From positions 62,001 to 126,000 of the IMG/VR virus record IMGVR_UViG_3300042562_001598: a stretch of 64,000 nt of DNA. The stretch is one strand, 5' to 3'. This document shows positions 1 to 10,290 of the stretch, in pieces. The number at the start of each line of letters is the position of its first letter. The first letter of the stretch is position 1. The position numbers and the translations under genes were made by a program. A model generated the notes under the pieces. The model was given only the letters and a program-made list of their open reading frames with translations, made no database searches and was not told the DNA's origin.

Positions 1-2
1 CG

Positions 3-560
3 TCAACATATACCCTTAAAGTTACTGATAGTAATAGTTGTGTTAAAACTCAAAGTGTTGTAATTAATGGTTCTGTGATTTTAGGTTCTTACCAAACATA
101 TGAAATATGTGAGGATATTTTTAGTGATACAACTACATTAGGTAAAAAAGGTCCTAAAGAAATGTTAAACGAAGGATTTTATGATTTAACTTCAGATTTT
201 ACGGATTGTATTCTTAATAACGCCATTTTTACTGTTATGGTTGACATAAGTGGAGTTACGGCATCAACCGAGTTTTATACAGGGTATACTTTAAATGATT
301 ATCCTACTGATAGTGTATATGAAACCGAATTATCTAATTTAATTGAGAGTTATCCACAAATTGGGGATGTTATTCTTATTCATTCTGAAAATACTATTGT
401 GATAAAAACAAGTTGTGAAACTGAATATTTGGTTGATACGAGTATTAAAACATATCTTAAGATTAATTATGATATTTCTTGTGTTGTTGCGGATTGTGTA
501 CCACCTGTGCCTTGTACAACAGATTTTGTTATGAGTGGTTATAGTTATAATATTTCTTAA
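3..560 (+). CDS. Partial (5'-truncated) Cys/Thr-rich virion/adhesin-like protein with SprB-like repeat end
   Basis: Frame is open from the window start (STYTLKVTDSNSCVKTQSV...), so the GTG at 75 is not the real start; YTLKVTDSNSC resembles the end of a SprB repeat. Confidence 0.6.
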   Translation, partial: STYTLKVTDSNSCVKTQSVVINGSVILGSYQTYEICEDIFSDTTTLGKKGPKEMLNEGFYDLTSDFTDCILNNAIFTVMVDISGVTASTEFYTGYTLNDYPTDSVYETELSNLIESYPQIGDVILIHSENTIVIKTSCETEYLVDTSIKTYLKINYDISCVVADCVPPVPCTTDFVMSGYSYNIS

Positions 561-571
561 ATAAATTACAT

Positions 572-871
572 ATGACATCAATTGATTTATATTCTATTAG
601 TGGTTTAAATTATCCATATACTGTTTATGTTTGTGATGTATATGGAAATCAGTGTATTTTAGTGTCAGTTATTTCTTCAAATGTTCCACCATATAATACA
701 ATATTATTACCACCATTATTTGACCACGCGCCTGCGGTTGGAATCAAAATCATCACATCAGATGGTTGTGAAAGATTTAAGGTCTTTAATTGTGTTTTAA
801 TTTATAAACAATTCCAAGATTTGGAGTTATTTGAGTTTATGGATGGTATTCAATATGATTTCCAAAATTAA
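572..871 (+). CDS. Small Cys-containing beta-rich putative structural protein (paralogue of 8767..8982)
   Basis: ISGLNYPYTVYVCDVYGNQC...IKIITSDGCE matches [19 protein letters not shown]...[10 protein letters not shown]. Confidence 0.55.
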   Translation: MTSIDLYSISGLNYPYTVYVCDVYGNQCILVSVISSNVPPYNTILLPPLFDHAPAVGIKIITSDGCERFKVFNCVLIYKQFQDLELFEFMDGIQYDFQN

Positions 872-942
872 AGTATTTATTAATATGGAAAATTATTTAA
901 TTTGTCAATAATTTTCTTATAATTTATTGAATATTAAAATTT

Positions 943-1947
943 ATGGGTTTTATTAATGAATGTGGTGTTATTACAATATTTCCTATGTCGGTTGAATGTG
1001 GTGATTATACTAATCCGACAACTCCAATTTCAAATAACGGGGAGGTATCAATTAATATAACAGGTGGAACACCGCCTTATGATATTACTTGGACGAATAA
1101 TGGTAGTAAAACAGCTACATTAATTAATTTACCACCTGGTAATTATACCGCGACAGTTACTGATTACTGGAAAGACTTTACAGGGGTTACTACATGTGTT
1201 TTAAGTGCTCAATCTTATAATTATTTATTGAATCAATGTTGTCCACCAACATTATATTGGAAATTACCTAATTTAACACCTACTAATTTAACAGGTGCTA
1301 CAGTGACAGGTGATTGTACAGGTCTTAATGTTATTATATCGGGAATGACTAATGATTTAAGAAATTGTTATTGTGATTACGAAATACCGACTTGTATTAC
1401 CGATAAGTATAGTGCTGAAACTCAAACTTGTGGAAGAAAAACTATTAAATATAATGCTGGTAGTGGAGTTTATTATTGGTTTGTACAAAACTTGGATTAT
1501 AACTTTTCTGTTTATAAGATAGAACCAAGTGTAACTTCAGGTAGTTATAACATATATAATTATAGTGGTTGTTGTTCTCAATCATATATGACAGGATTTA
1601 CTAATAATAGTGTTTTTAGTTCAGATTGTGGTCCATTCACAGGAACTGGGTTATTTGATTGGTATAACAGAACTGTTTTAAATGTTGGGTTAAATAATAA
1701 TTATTTATTCTACCCTTATTACAATAGTGGAACGACCAAATGTATGGTGAGTGGTGGTAGTAACCAAGAAATTGTTACAATATCATCAAATTATAATGTT
1801 TTAGGTAAATATATTAAAATTGTTAAAACACCAAATGATATTTCATATAATGTTACATCATTAGTTGATTTACCACCAACAGTGACTTGGACACCGGGTA
1901 TAATCTATAGTGGTTGCTCTTGGGATTATTTCTATAATAGAAGTTAA
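943..1947 (+). CDS. SprB-repeat-containing Cys-rich putative tail/adhesin protein
   Basis: NGEVSINITGGTPPYDITW...NLPPGNYTATVTD is a SprB-like repeat; T/S/G/C-rich. Confidence 0.65.
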   Translation: MGFINECGVITIFPMSVECGDYTNPTTPISNNGEVSINITGGTPPYDITWTNNGSKTATLINLPPGNYTATVTDYWKDFTGVTTCVLSAQSYNYLLNQCCPPTLYWKLPNLTPTNLTGATVTGDCTGLNVIISGMTNDLRNCYCDYEIPTCITDKYSAETQTCGRKTIKYNAGSGVYYWFVQNLDYNFSVYKIEPSVTSGSYNIYNYSGCCSQSYMTGFTNNSVFSSDCGPFTGTGLFDWYNRTVLNVGLNNNYLFYPYYNSGTTKCMVSGGSNQEIVTISSNYNVLGKYIKIVKTPNDISYNVTSLVDLPPTVTWTPGIIYSGCSWDYFYNRS

Positions 1948-1965
1948 AATAAAAAAAAATAATAT

Positions 1966-4221
1966 ATGGCGTTTTCAGCTTCAACATGTGTAACAAATTT
2001 AGGTGGTATTGATATTAATTCTACCGTTAAAATACGAACCTATCCTGGTGAGATTCAAATAGGCGGTGATATTATATTATCGGCTATGACGGGAGTTAAT
2101 TGTCCTTATACAATTACTGGTATTCCAAACGGAACTACAGAATTACAAATATATGTACCCGGGACTAATGTTTGTGGGTATATAGATATTTCTGATAATG
2201 ATTTATGTAATACTTGTGATTTAGGGTTTGATTCTTTTACATCATCAACCATTGGAAATATAGTTGTTGGTAATTTAACAGGTAGTTGTCAAAACCCCAT
2301 AACGGATTATCGTATTCTTTGGTTTGGTCCTAGTGAGTCTATGGAGGTTGTCTCAACAAATGTTGCTCGTATATCGGGTAAAGGCTCTGCTTTCACTTAT
2401 AATTATCAACATCCTTTAACCGGAATTAGTTCTTTACCTATGGAACAAGGGTATTACAGACCTGTAATAGACAAAGTTAGAATCAATGGGGTTAATTTTT
2501 CATATACCGGAGGGACAGGTTATGTTCCGGCAGATTTGGAATGTTTTGATAGTTTACCTGTTTATGTTTCAGGTTATACTTGTGAAAATGGTAAGGAGAC
2601 GATAGGTGATTACACACATAGAGTTAATTTTACATCAACAGGAAGTGGTTTAAGTCCAACACCTCTTACATCAACTTTCATATTATCTGGTGGTACTACC
2701 AATTTTTTCGCTTGGAAATTTAAAGGAGAGATTATTCCTGACCAATTAAAATTAACATTTTTTGGAACTGAGTATGGTTTAGAACCAATAATTTTGGAAT
2801 GGTGGGAAGTTGGAAGTATTCCCAGTTTAAATACTGCGATAATTCAAAATACCAATACTTTTCCAAAATCTGCAAACACTATTAGTTATATTTCTAAAGT
2901 GACTACTTTAACTGGTCTAACGATAAATGATGGTGATAGGATATTGTTAGAAGTTATTCCTTCTAAAACAAATTTTAATACTAATTGGGATTTTTATTTT
3001 ACTTGTTTAGAAACATTTAATTGTGATACATGTTTAGATAGTTATGAGAATGAAAGTTATAAAATTGTTGGTAGTTCTATTACTGGAATTACAGGTACCT
3101 GTGGTAATATTGATATTAGTGTAACTATTAGTGGTTGTAATGAATCAACCCTTTTAAATTCTGATTTAATTAAATATTTTTATCAAAACCCCCCGGAATC
3201 TAATGTTATAAATAACCATTATTATGTTAGACCTTTTACTTTCCCTTTAAACAACTTTTCTGATTTAAGATTTAATGGGTACAGATGTTCACCTAGGGGT
3301 TTTGGGGGTATTATAAATTGTTCAAATTCAGGTAATTATATTTCTTTTGAAAAAACTGTTACCACAATACCACCAATTCAAGGGAATATTTATATGGAAT
3401 TTAGTGGAAGTTCTAGTTTAACAGATTTTAACTCTTTTTATAATGGTTATTTATATTGGAAAAATAGTCCAAGTTATTCTGGTTCTACTGATAATACAAA
3501 TTATGATTATTATCGTTATTGGATATTACCGATATCTACAGCAACAGGTGATACTTATTGTGGTGATAGTACTACTTATTATGATTATTATATTCATTAT
3601 CCGACAGCTGTTGTAACAACAGGATTAACAGGTAGTGGTTATTGGTTAAATATAACTATGCCAACAATTAGTGATGGTATTTTACCAAATAGTTGTGAGT
3701 TACAATGTGATTATTGGAGAATTGAAAGAGTAGGTATAATAAATACTTCCTCAACAGGTTCAACTAATAATCGTAAAATTTATAGTAATCGGGGTGCTAA
3801 ATATCAATCACCATTTCAAATATGGGATACTGGTCGGAGTAATAATCCTAGTACTAGTGGTGAGATTATTAGTTATTTACGGGTGAATAATAATATGTTA
3901 AATACAATACCTTCATCGGGTAGTAGTAATACTTTAATACATAGTTTGTCTGGTCAAACATGTGATTATAGTTCTTACGGGGTTTTTAATACCAATGGTA
4001 GAACACCACCGACAGATGACGGTTTATATTATTATGAAAAAAATTTATATGCGGTTAAATTACAATTAACAAACCCTTCGGATGTTAGAGATTTTGATAT
4101 TTATATGTCACCAATTAATAACTTTGTCTACTCTGGTTATCCCGGAAACCCAAACTATGAATTAGCCTATAGTTATTCAGGGGGAAGTGTTGTTTATTCA
4201 AGTTCAACTTACATAATTTAA
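1966..4221 (+). CDS. Large T/S/G/C-rich putative tail fibre/structural protein
   Basis: 751 aa, beta-rich low-charge composition with TG/SG repeats, within the structural cluster. Confidence 0.55.
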   Translation: MAFSASTCVTNLGGIDINSTVKIRTYPGEIQIGGDIILSAMTGVNCPYTITGIPNGTTELQIYVPGTNVCGYIDISDNDLCNTCDLGFDSFTSSTIGNIVVGNLTGSCQNPITDYRILWFGPSESMEVVSTNVARISGKGSAFTYNYQHPLTGISSLPMEQGYYRPVIDKVRINGVNFSYTGGTGYVPADLECFDSLPVYVSGYTCENGKETIGDYTHRVNFTSTGSGLSPTPLTSTFILSGGTTNFFAWKFKGEIIPDQLKLTFFGTEYGLEPIILEWWEVGSIPSLNTAIIQNTNTFPKSANTISYISKVTTLTGLTINDGDRILLEVIPSKTNFNTNWDFYFTCLETFNCDTCLDSYENESYKIVGSSITGITGTCGNIDISVTISGCNESTLLNSDLIKYFYQNPPESNVINNHYYVRPFTFPLNNFSDLRFNGYRCSPRGFGGIINCSNSGNYISFEKTVTTIPPIQGNIYMEFSGSSSLTDFNSFYNGYLYWKNSPSYSGSTDNTNYDYYRYWILPISTATGDTYCGDSTTYYDYYIHYPTAVVTTGLTGSGYWLNITMPTISDGILPNSCELQCDYWRIERVGIINTSSTGSTNNRKIYSNRGAKYQSPFQIWDTGRSNNPSTSGEIISYLRVNNNMLNTIPSSGSSNTLIHSLSGQTCDYSSYGVFNTNGRTPPTDDGLYYYEKNLYAVKLQLTNPSDVRDFDIYMSPINNFVYSGYPGNPNYELAYSYSGGSVVYSSSTYII

Positions 4222-4234
4222 AAAATAAAAAACA

Positions 4235-5251
4235 ATGTATAATACAACTCTATATAATTTTTGTTTAACCTCAAGCGTGGACAATACACAAATTCACTTC
4301 AACCCTAATGGGGCTGACGATAATGATTTTAATAAATGGATTTCAGATGACTTAACCTATTCTGTCATATGGAATAATACAATTAATCGTTGGCAAGTAA
4401 CAGGTGGGACATTGGATTATTCAATATATTCAGGAACTGAATATCCCCCACTTAACGGATGGTATATTTTAGGTGCTAGTGGGTCTGTAACAGCAAATGA
4501 GGGTGTTTGTCCGACTTTAAATACTAACACGGTATCAGTTAATCTTAATCACCCACTTTGTTCTTGTGATGGGTCCATAATCGTTAATACATCCGGAGGT
4601 TATCCACCATATTTATATTCTATAGATAATGGGGTGTCGTATATTGATTTTCCGTTATTTACTAATTTATGTTCAGGTTTATATACTGTAAAGGTTGTTG
4701 ATGTATCTGGAAATACTTTAACTAATCCGGTTACATTAAATCCACCTACACCACCAACGACATATTCATTAAAGTTGTCAACAACAAGTACTACTATAGT
4801 GAATACACCGACAACTATGACAACATTATATTCAAGTGTTGTTAATGTAACACCAACATTACCTGATGGAGTTACATTAACCTTTAATTTAAGTCATAAT
4901 GATTTATTTACGATATCACCAAGTGGTAATACTGCGACGATAGTTACAAATAGTGTAATGACTAAAAATGAGGTAACTCAAGTATTAACTAATAGTGGGA
5001 CAACAACAGGAGCAACTAATTTTAATTTAACTCAAGGTTGTCAAGGTTTATTATTATACCAAACAGGGTTAACTGAAAATTGGAATACTGTAAGTATGAC
5101 AAATAGTGATACGATAGTTATTAATACGACAACAACAATTAATAAAAATGTAATATTAACCCCTTGTGATATTGCGACATCAAATGACACTTACGTCATT
5201 AGTAACGCAAGTATTTCGGGTTGTGGTTGTTGTAATGTAATTATTAATTAA
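4235..5251 (+). CDS. SprB-repeat-containing Thr-rich putative tail/adhesin protein
   Basis: CDGSIIVNTSGGYPPYLYSIDNG...FTNLCSGLYTVKVVD SprB-like repeat; C-terminal GCGCC. Confidence 0.65.
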   Translation: MYNTTLYNFCLTSSVDNTQIHFNPNGADDNDFNKWISDDLTYSVIWNNTINRWQVTGGTLDYSIYSGTEYPPLNGWYILGASGSVTANEGVCPTLNTNTVSVNLNHPLCSCDGSIIVNTSGGYPPYLYSIDNGVSYIDFPLFTNLCSGLYTVKVVDVSGNTLTNPVTLNPPTPPTTYSLKLSTTSTTIVNTPTTMTTLYSSVVNVTPTLPDGVTLTFNLSHNDLFTISPSGNTATIVTNSVMTKNEVTQVLTNSGTTTGATNFNLTQGCQGLLLYQTGLTENWNTVSMTNSDTIVINTTTTINKNVILTPCDIATSNDTYVISNASISGCGCCNVIIN

Positions 5252-5278
5252 AAAAAATAATAAAGATATTTATCAAAT

Positions 5279-7534
5279 ATGGGATTTATAATTAAAAATA
5301 CATCGGGGTTGATTAGTACACGATTAACGGATGCAGGTAGGTTGAAATTATCACAAGGAAATTTCAACATTTCTTATTTTCAGGTTGGTGATAGTGAGGT
5401 ATCTTACAATTCATTACCTAATACTTACAATCAATTTACTACTAATATATTAGAACCTAATTTCAATTCACAGAATTTAGCTGGTGTTCCGCAATCAAAT
5501 ATGCAGAATGTAAAATATCCTTATTATGTGGATGGGACTACAGGTAATACATACGGGATTCCAACGATGGCTTCAGCTCCAAGTTCTATTTACAATAGAG
5601 CTGCAATGAGAGGATTTTTTACTGGTGATACAACGGCAACAACAATTAATTGGAGTGCTTTAACTAGTAATGAATATGTTATTAATTCTAATTATATTGT
5701 TGAAATGTCAGGTTTAACTGGTGGAACAACAATTAAGGTTATAACTTCTGGTTGTAATTCAAATAGTGTTAGATTACCTTTAAGTGGTGATTTAATTACT
5801 ATATACTATAATGGACTTGGTAAAAGTAATTGTTATTGTAATCAGTCAAGTAGTGCTTGTACTATGTCAATGAATAGTTGTTATCCAATGATGACTTATA
5901 GAATTATTGATGTTTGTTTGGATGTATTAACATTGGATAGAAAAACACCTGATTTTAGTTATTTAAGTGGAACTTGTTATTACGCTAGAACTTTAGTTTA
6001 TCCACCAAATATGACATCATTATATGATAGTAGTACACCATCAGAACATTGGAGTGATAGTGTATTAAACTTTGAGTCTACTTGTTATGTTGATGAATTT
6101 GATGTTAAGGTTTGGAATATGAATATTCCGTGGTCTGAAAATCCAGCTGGGTTGATATCTACTCAAAACAAAGATTATACTAATTTTGGGTCTATAACTT
6201 ATTTGGGTACTAAAGAATACCTTGGTTATATGTCAAATAGTGGTCAAACAGATACTAGTTCTACTTATTATGTAAATTCATTTGGTGAGATTGTAACCGT
6301 TGAACCTAAAGACCAAAAAGCTATTGCAATTATACATTATACTAATCAGTCAATTGATTTATTTTATGGTGAAAAATTTGCGTTAGAACCTTATGATGCT
6401 AATACACCTGAAGAAAATACTGGTGAAGCAAGAAACTTTAAGTTACATTTACCTTGGTTGATGTGGCATAAAAATCCTGAATGTTGTTTGGGACAAACTT
6501 TTTGGGTTGACCCAGCTGGTTTTGATGACAAAAACTTATTTGAGGTTCAATATATTGAATCAACAAAAAATACGGATATGAATAAACCAGGTATTAGATA
6601 TTATCATTTATGGGATAAAAACGCTAATCCGGATGGATATCCAAATAGAGTTGGGAAAGTATTTCCTGACCAAAAAATCATTGTGATTGATGATGAAGAA
6701 ATAATTGCTGCGATGTCATATAAGTCAAATCGTAATTGGACTTTACCGGCACCTAAAGTTTCTTTACTCACACCAAATACTTGTGACTCAACAACAAATC
6801 AAAGTTCCACAGGTATATTAACGGATGATACCGAGTATTTGTATGTGACTTATAGATTAAGTAACTCAACAACCTTTACGGACTCATTACATTGTAATTA
6901 TTATTCAAAAATACAAGGTCCTAATAATCTGTGTTCTGGATTACCAAGTCAAAATGTTGGTGTAAGATTTGGGGGTGAGTTTAATTGTTTAAATCAAATT
7001 CCTGAAGGTTCATCGGTGTTACAAAATGGTTTTTATGCTGATAAATTTGAAATTATTTGTCAAAAAATGAATAGTGATGGTAGACCAGATTCGTCAGAAT
7101 GGAAAATACTTGATTTTACTGACCAAATTAGTGGTTCAAGTATAAATGATTTTATAACTATGAGTGGATTAACAGGTTCAACATTTGTAATAACACAAGA
7201 GGATTATACTAACGCCCCTTATTATGATTTAAGTGATGATATTATTTTACCAACGGGTTCAACAATGTCACTTAATTTTGGTGATGAATATTATTTTTAT
7301 GGGTCTATTGAGACGGATATTCAAGCAACGATTTATGAAATGAAATATAAGGTTAATTTAGGTCAATCTGAATTTCAAGCAACTTCAAATCCGACTTGGT
7401 CAAATGGTGAAACATCATATATTACTGAAGTTGGTCTTTACGATAAGGATTTTAATCTTATGATTATATCAAAGCTACAATCTCCTGTTTTACGACAGGG
7501 AATTCAACAGTTTTTAGTAAAATTTGATTTTTAA
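5279..7534 (+). CDS. Baseplate/tail-collar-fibre-like structural protein
   Basis: N-terminal RLTDAGRLKLSQG..ISYFQVGDSE and C-terminal YITEVGLYDKDFNLMIISKLQSPVLR resemble the two ends of the phage tail-collar fibre domain; TATTTAT upstream. Confidence 0.6.
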   Translation: MGFIIKNTSGLISTRLTDAGRLKLSQGNFNISYFQVGDSEVSYNSLPNTYNQFTTNILEPNFNSQNLAGVPQSNMQNVKYPYYVDGTTGNTYGIPTMASAPSSIYNRAAMRGFFTGDTTATTINWSALTSNEYVINSNYIVEMSGLTGGTTIKVITSGCNSNSVRLPLSGDLITIYYNGLGKSNCYCNQSSSACTMSMNSCYPMMTYRIIDVCLDVLTLDRKTPDFSYLSGTCYYARTLVYPPNMTSLYDSSTPSEHWSDSVLNFESTCYVDEFDVKVWNMNIPWSENPAGLISTQNKDYTNFGSITYLGTKEYLGYMSNSGQTDTSSTYYVNSFGEIVTVEPKDQKAIAIIHYTNQSIDLFYGEKFALEPYDANTPEENTGEARNFKLHLPWLMWHKNPECCLGQTFWVDPAGFDDKNLFEVQYIESTKNTDMNKPGIRYYHLWDKNANPDGYPNRVGKVFPDQKIIVIDDEEIIAAMSYKSNRNWTLPAPKVSLLTPNTCDSTTNQSSTGILTDDTEYLYVTYRLSNSTTFTDSLHCNYYSKIQGPNNLCSGLPSQNVGVRFGGEFNCLNQIPEGSSVLQNGFYADKFEIICQKMNSDGRPDSSEWKILDFTDQISGSSINDFITMSGLTGSTFVITQEDYTNAPYYDLSDDIILPTGSTMSLNFGDEYYFYGSIETDIQATIYEMKYKVNLGQSEFQATSNPTWSNGETSYITEVGLYDKDFNLMIISKLQSPVLRQGIQQFLVKFDF

Positions 7535-7535
7535 T

Positions 7536-8138
7536 ATGAGAAAAACTCTAAAAGAAAGTCCTAAAGTATTAGGATTAGATGTGTCAAGTAAAACAATTGG
7601 TATCGCATTATTTGATATTGAAAGTAAAGAATTATTGGAATTAACCCATGTATCTCCAATACCAAAACCAAAAAAGGAGAATAAAATTGAGGAATTATTG
7701 GTTAAAGCTGATATTTTTAGGTCAAAACTTTTAACCTATCAAAATTTGGGAATTACTAAAGTGGTTATTGAAGAACCATTAATGAATTCAAATAATGTAT
7801 ACACTGTCGCTACATTACTTAGATTTAATACTTTAATATGTCGTGAGATTTATGATGTGTTGGGAATTGTTCCTGAATTTATTTCAACATACAATTCAAG
7901 GAAATTTGCGTTTCCTGATTTGGTACAATTAAACGATAAAGGTAAAAAAGTTTTATTTGGTGGATTACCAAAAGACATTGATAAAAAAATGATTATTTGG
8001 GAATTGGTCGCGAAAATGGAACCACAGATAACTTGGTTATATACAAGAAATAATACACTCAAAAAAGAAAACTTTGACCAAACAGACGCTTACGCTTGTG
8101 TTGTCGGACAAATGAGAATGGATGAGGTTTGGAAATAA
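7536..8138 (+). CDS. RuvC-like Holliday junction resolvase (RNase H fold)
   Basis: VLGLDVSSKTIGIA, VVIEEP and FDQTDAYA acidic catalytic motifs; ATG at 7536 preferred over the upstream TTG. Confidence 0.8.
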   Translation: MRKTLKESPKVLGLDVSSKTIGIALFDIESKELLELTHVSPIPKPKKENKIEELLVKADIFRSKLLTYQNLGITKVVIEEPLMNSNNVYTVATLLRFNTLICREIYDVLGIVPEFISTYNSRKFAFPDLVQLNDKGKKVLFGGLPKDIDKKMIIWELVAKMEPQITWLYTRNNTLKKENFDQTDAYACVVGQMRMDEVWK

Positions 8139-8171
8139 AAAAAATATCGGTTAATAGCCGATATTTTTTTT
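8137..8171. terminator. Bidirectional intrinsic terminator between convergent genes
   Basis: A-run, ATATCGGT-taat-AGCCGATAT hairpin, T-run. Confidence 0.8.
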
Positions 8172-8183
8172 ATATTAAGTTTT

Positions 8184-8765
8184 TTATTCAGGACATATGA
8201 TGTCACCATCTATCACATCAAATCTAACATTACTAACAAAATTACAAGGACGAACAACTGGTGTTGGTGTAGGTGTCGGAGTTGGTGTAGGGGTAGGCGT
8301 AGGAGTAGGGTCAACACTAATAGTTGCGTCAATACCAAGATTTAAACAATAATTTGTTGGTGTTGGTGTTGGTGTTGGTGTTGGAGTTGGTGTCGGCGTT
8401 GGTGTCGGCGTTGGTGTTGGTAATACAACATCACAATCAAACATAGCACTAAAATCCAATAAACTACAATTATTAGTTGGTGTTGGTGTAGGTGGGGGAC
8501 AGGTATTACTATTAAAGTATGTATCACAAAGGTCTGGACAAGTTGATACGCAAGGTGATTTACCAGCTAATAAACAACTACCATCCAAAACTGATGATAA
8601 ACACCATTGAGTATTACCTGAAGAATAGTATATAAATAAACTATTTGACTCTCCGGTCCAATATAATTGACCATTATGAGTACCGGCAGAATAATAATTA
8701 TTATCGTATGAGTAATATCCGGTGTCGCTTATACAATAAGCTGAAAAACATGTTTCTGTTGTCAT
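8184..8765 (-). CDS. Cys-rich protein with (Pro-Thr)n linkers, putative structural/decoration protein
   Basis: Three PT-repeat tracts separating Cys-containing segments. Confidence 0.6.
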   Translation of the reverse strand: MTTETCFSAYCISDTGYYSYDNNYYSAGTHNGQLYWTGESNSLFIYYSSGNTQWCLSSVLDGSCLLAGKSPCVSTCPDLCDTYFNSNTCPPPTPTPTNNCSLLDFSAMFDCDVVLPTPTPTPTPTPTPTPTPTPTPTNYCLNLGIDATISVDPTPTPTPTPTPTPTPTPVVRPCNFVSNVRFDVIDGDIICPE

Positions 8766-8766
8766 A

Positions 8767-8982
8767 TTAAAGTGTTAAAATTTTGATAATTTCACAACCA
8801 TTATCGTCAATCACCTTTAATTTATATGATAATTGATTTAACATAATAGATGGAACATCAATATCTGCGGGAAATGTTGAAATTGTTGCACGATAAATAC
8901 ATTGAGTTGAAGTGTTACTACAGATATAAATATCAAATGGTGTCGCCCCAGTAATATCGTTTATTGTTATAGTTATTGGCAT
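8767..8982 (-). CDS. Small Cys-containing putative structural protein (paralogue of 572..871)
   Basis: Similar to 572..871; TATTTAT on the - strand at 8997-9003. Confidence 0.55.
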   Translation of the reverse strand: MPITITINDITGATPFDIYICSNTSTQCIYRATISTFPADIDVPSIMLNQLSYKLKVIDDNGCEIIKILTL

Positions 8983-9064
8983 TTTAGGTTTTATTAATAA
9001 ATATAGTGTAAAAAAAAATCTTATAAAGTTTTGATAATCTAATTTTTTTAATTAATATTGCAGT

Positions 9065-9958
9065 ATGGATGAATTTGATGTAATATTAGAAATACTATCT
9101 GACTTCTTGGGAGACCCAAAGAAGGTGTATGAACATAGTTCACAAATATCGTTCAACTGCCCAAATTGTGATGGTGATGAGAATAAAGGTAATTTAGAAG
9201 TTAATATTGAAAAGGGTGTATTCAAGTGCTGGAGTTGTGAATCCGAGGGAACACACGGAACAGTTGGTAAATTATTTGATTTATATGGTAACTCGCAATT
9301 AAAAAAAGAGTATGAGATTATACGACCTGATGAGTTCAAGAAAGTTGAGAAGAAAGTTGAGAAGTTAAGATTACCTGATAGTTATACTTTATTCAAGGAT
9401 AGTAGTCCGAGATACCCAATAAGAAATCAAGCTTACAATTACTTAAAAAATAGAGGTATAACAGATGAAATTATTGAAAAATACAATATTGGTTTTTGCG
9501 ATACGGGAAGTCATTCCGGGAGAATAGTTATACCATCGTATAATAAGAAAGGTGAATTAAATTATTATATTGCAAGGTCTTGGGATGTTAATAGTCGTGC
9601 CAAATATAAAAACCCGAAAACACCAAAAGATGAAATTATCTTCAACGAGAACTTAATTAAGTGGAGTATGGATATATATTTGGTTGAAGGAGCATTTGAT
9701 TCGGTATTTAAGTCAAATAGTATTCCGATGTTGGGAAAACACATGTCAACATTATTATTTGAAACATTATATGATAGAGCGAAAGCTAATATCATTATCG
9801 CATTAGATGGTGACGCTTACGATAGTGCGTTAAAATTATATCACACCTTAAATGGTGGTGAATTATATGGTAGAATAAAAATAGTTAAACTGCCTAAAGA
9901 TAAAGATATTGCCGACCTTAAAGGGGAAATTGATGAATATTATATTGAAATAAAATGA
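9065..9958 (+). CDS. DNA primase (Zn finger + TOPRIM)
   Basis: CPNC...CWSC zinc-binding domain, YLKNRGI, RIVIP, EGAFD and LDGD TOPRIM motifs. Confidence 0.9.
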   Translation: MDEFDVILEILSDFLGDPKKVYEHSSQISFNCPNCDGDENKGNLEVNIEKGVFKCWSCESEGTHGTVGKLFDLYGNSQLKKEYEIIRPDEFKKVEKKVEKLRLPDSYTLFKDSSPRYPIRNQAYNYLKNRGITDEIIEKYNIGFCDTGSHSGRIVIPSYNKKGELNYYIARSWDVNSRAKYKNPKTPKDEIIFNENLIKWSMDIYLVEGAFDSVFKSNSIPMLGKHMSTLLFETLYDRAKANIIIALDGDAYDSALKLYHTLNGGELYGRIKIVKLPKDKDIADLKGEIDEYYIEIK

Positions 9959-10290
9959 TAGGTGAAATGGTTGGTATATATTTGACACAAAACTTGGGTA
10001 GTCTAACCAAGGTAGAAATTCCTTTGTTTAAAAATATACCTAATAAGTTTTATTACGATAAAAATTTAGAATTACAATTTGAGTTTGACCAACACAATTA
10101 TGTGTGGGTAAATCCTTATCTTTGGATTTTTATTGGTGATATGTTCTCATTAGAAGATGATGAAATTTCATTACATATCAGAGACTGGTTAATGAAAAAT
10201 TTAGAGATTAATTATAAATTTGAGGTCCAATCAAATTACACTAACAATACCTTTTGGAATAACATACAAAAAACACTATGGGAGAATTAA
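9955..10290 (+). CDS. Hypothetical protein, paralogue family with 46820..47167 and 53005..53397
   Basis: Shared pattern LT..(L/F)G.L...IP..F.Y...F..F....I...(I/T)(K/R)(D/E)WL. Confidence 0.5.
   Translation: MIGEMVGIYLTQNLGSLTKVEIPLFKNIPNKFYYDKNLELQFEFDQHNYVWVNPYLWIFIGDMFSLEDDEISLHIRDWLMKNLEINYKFEVQSNYTNNTFWNNIQKTLWEN

Noticed and set aside
8255-8495. CRISPR-like repeat array
   Set aside because: GGTGTT-type hexamer repeats encoding (Pro-Thr)n on the - strand; no spacers
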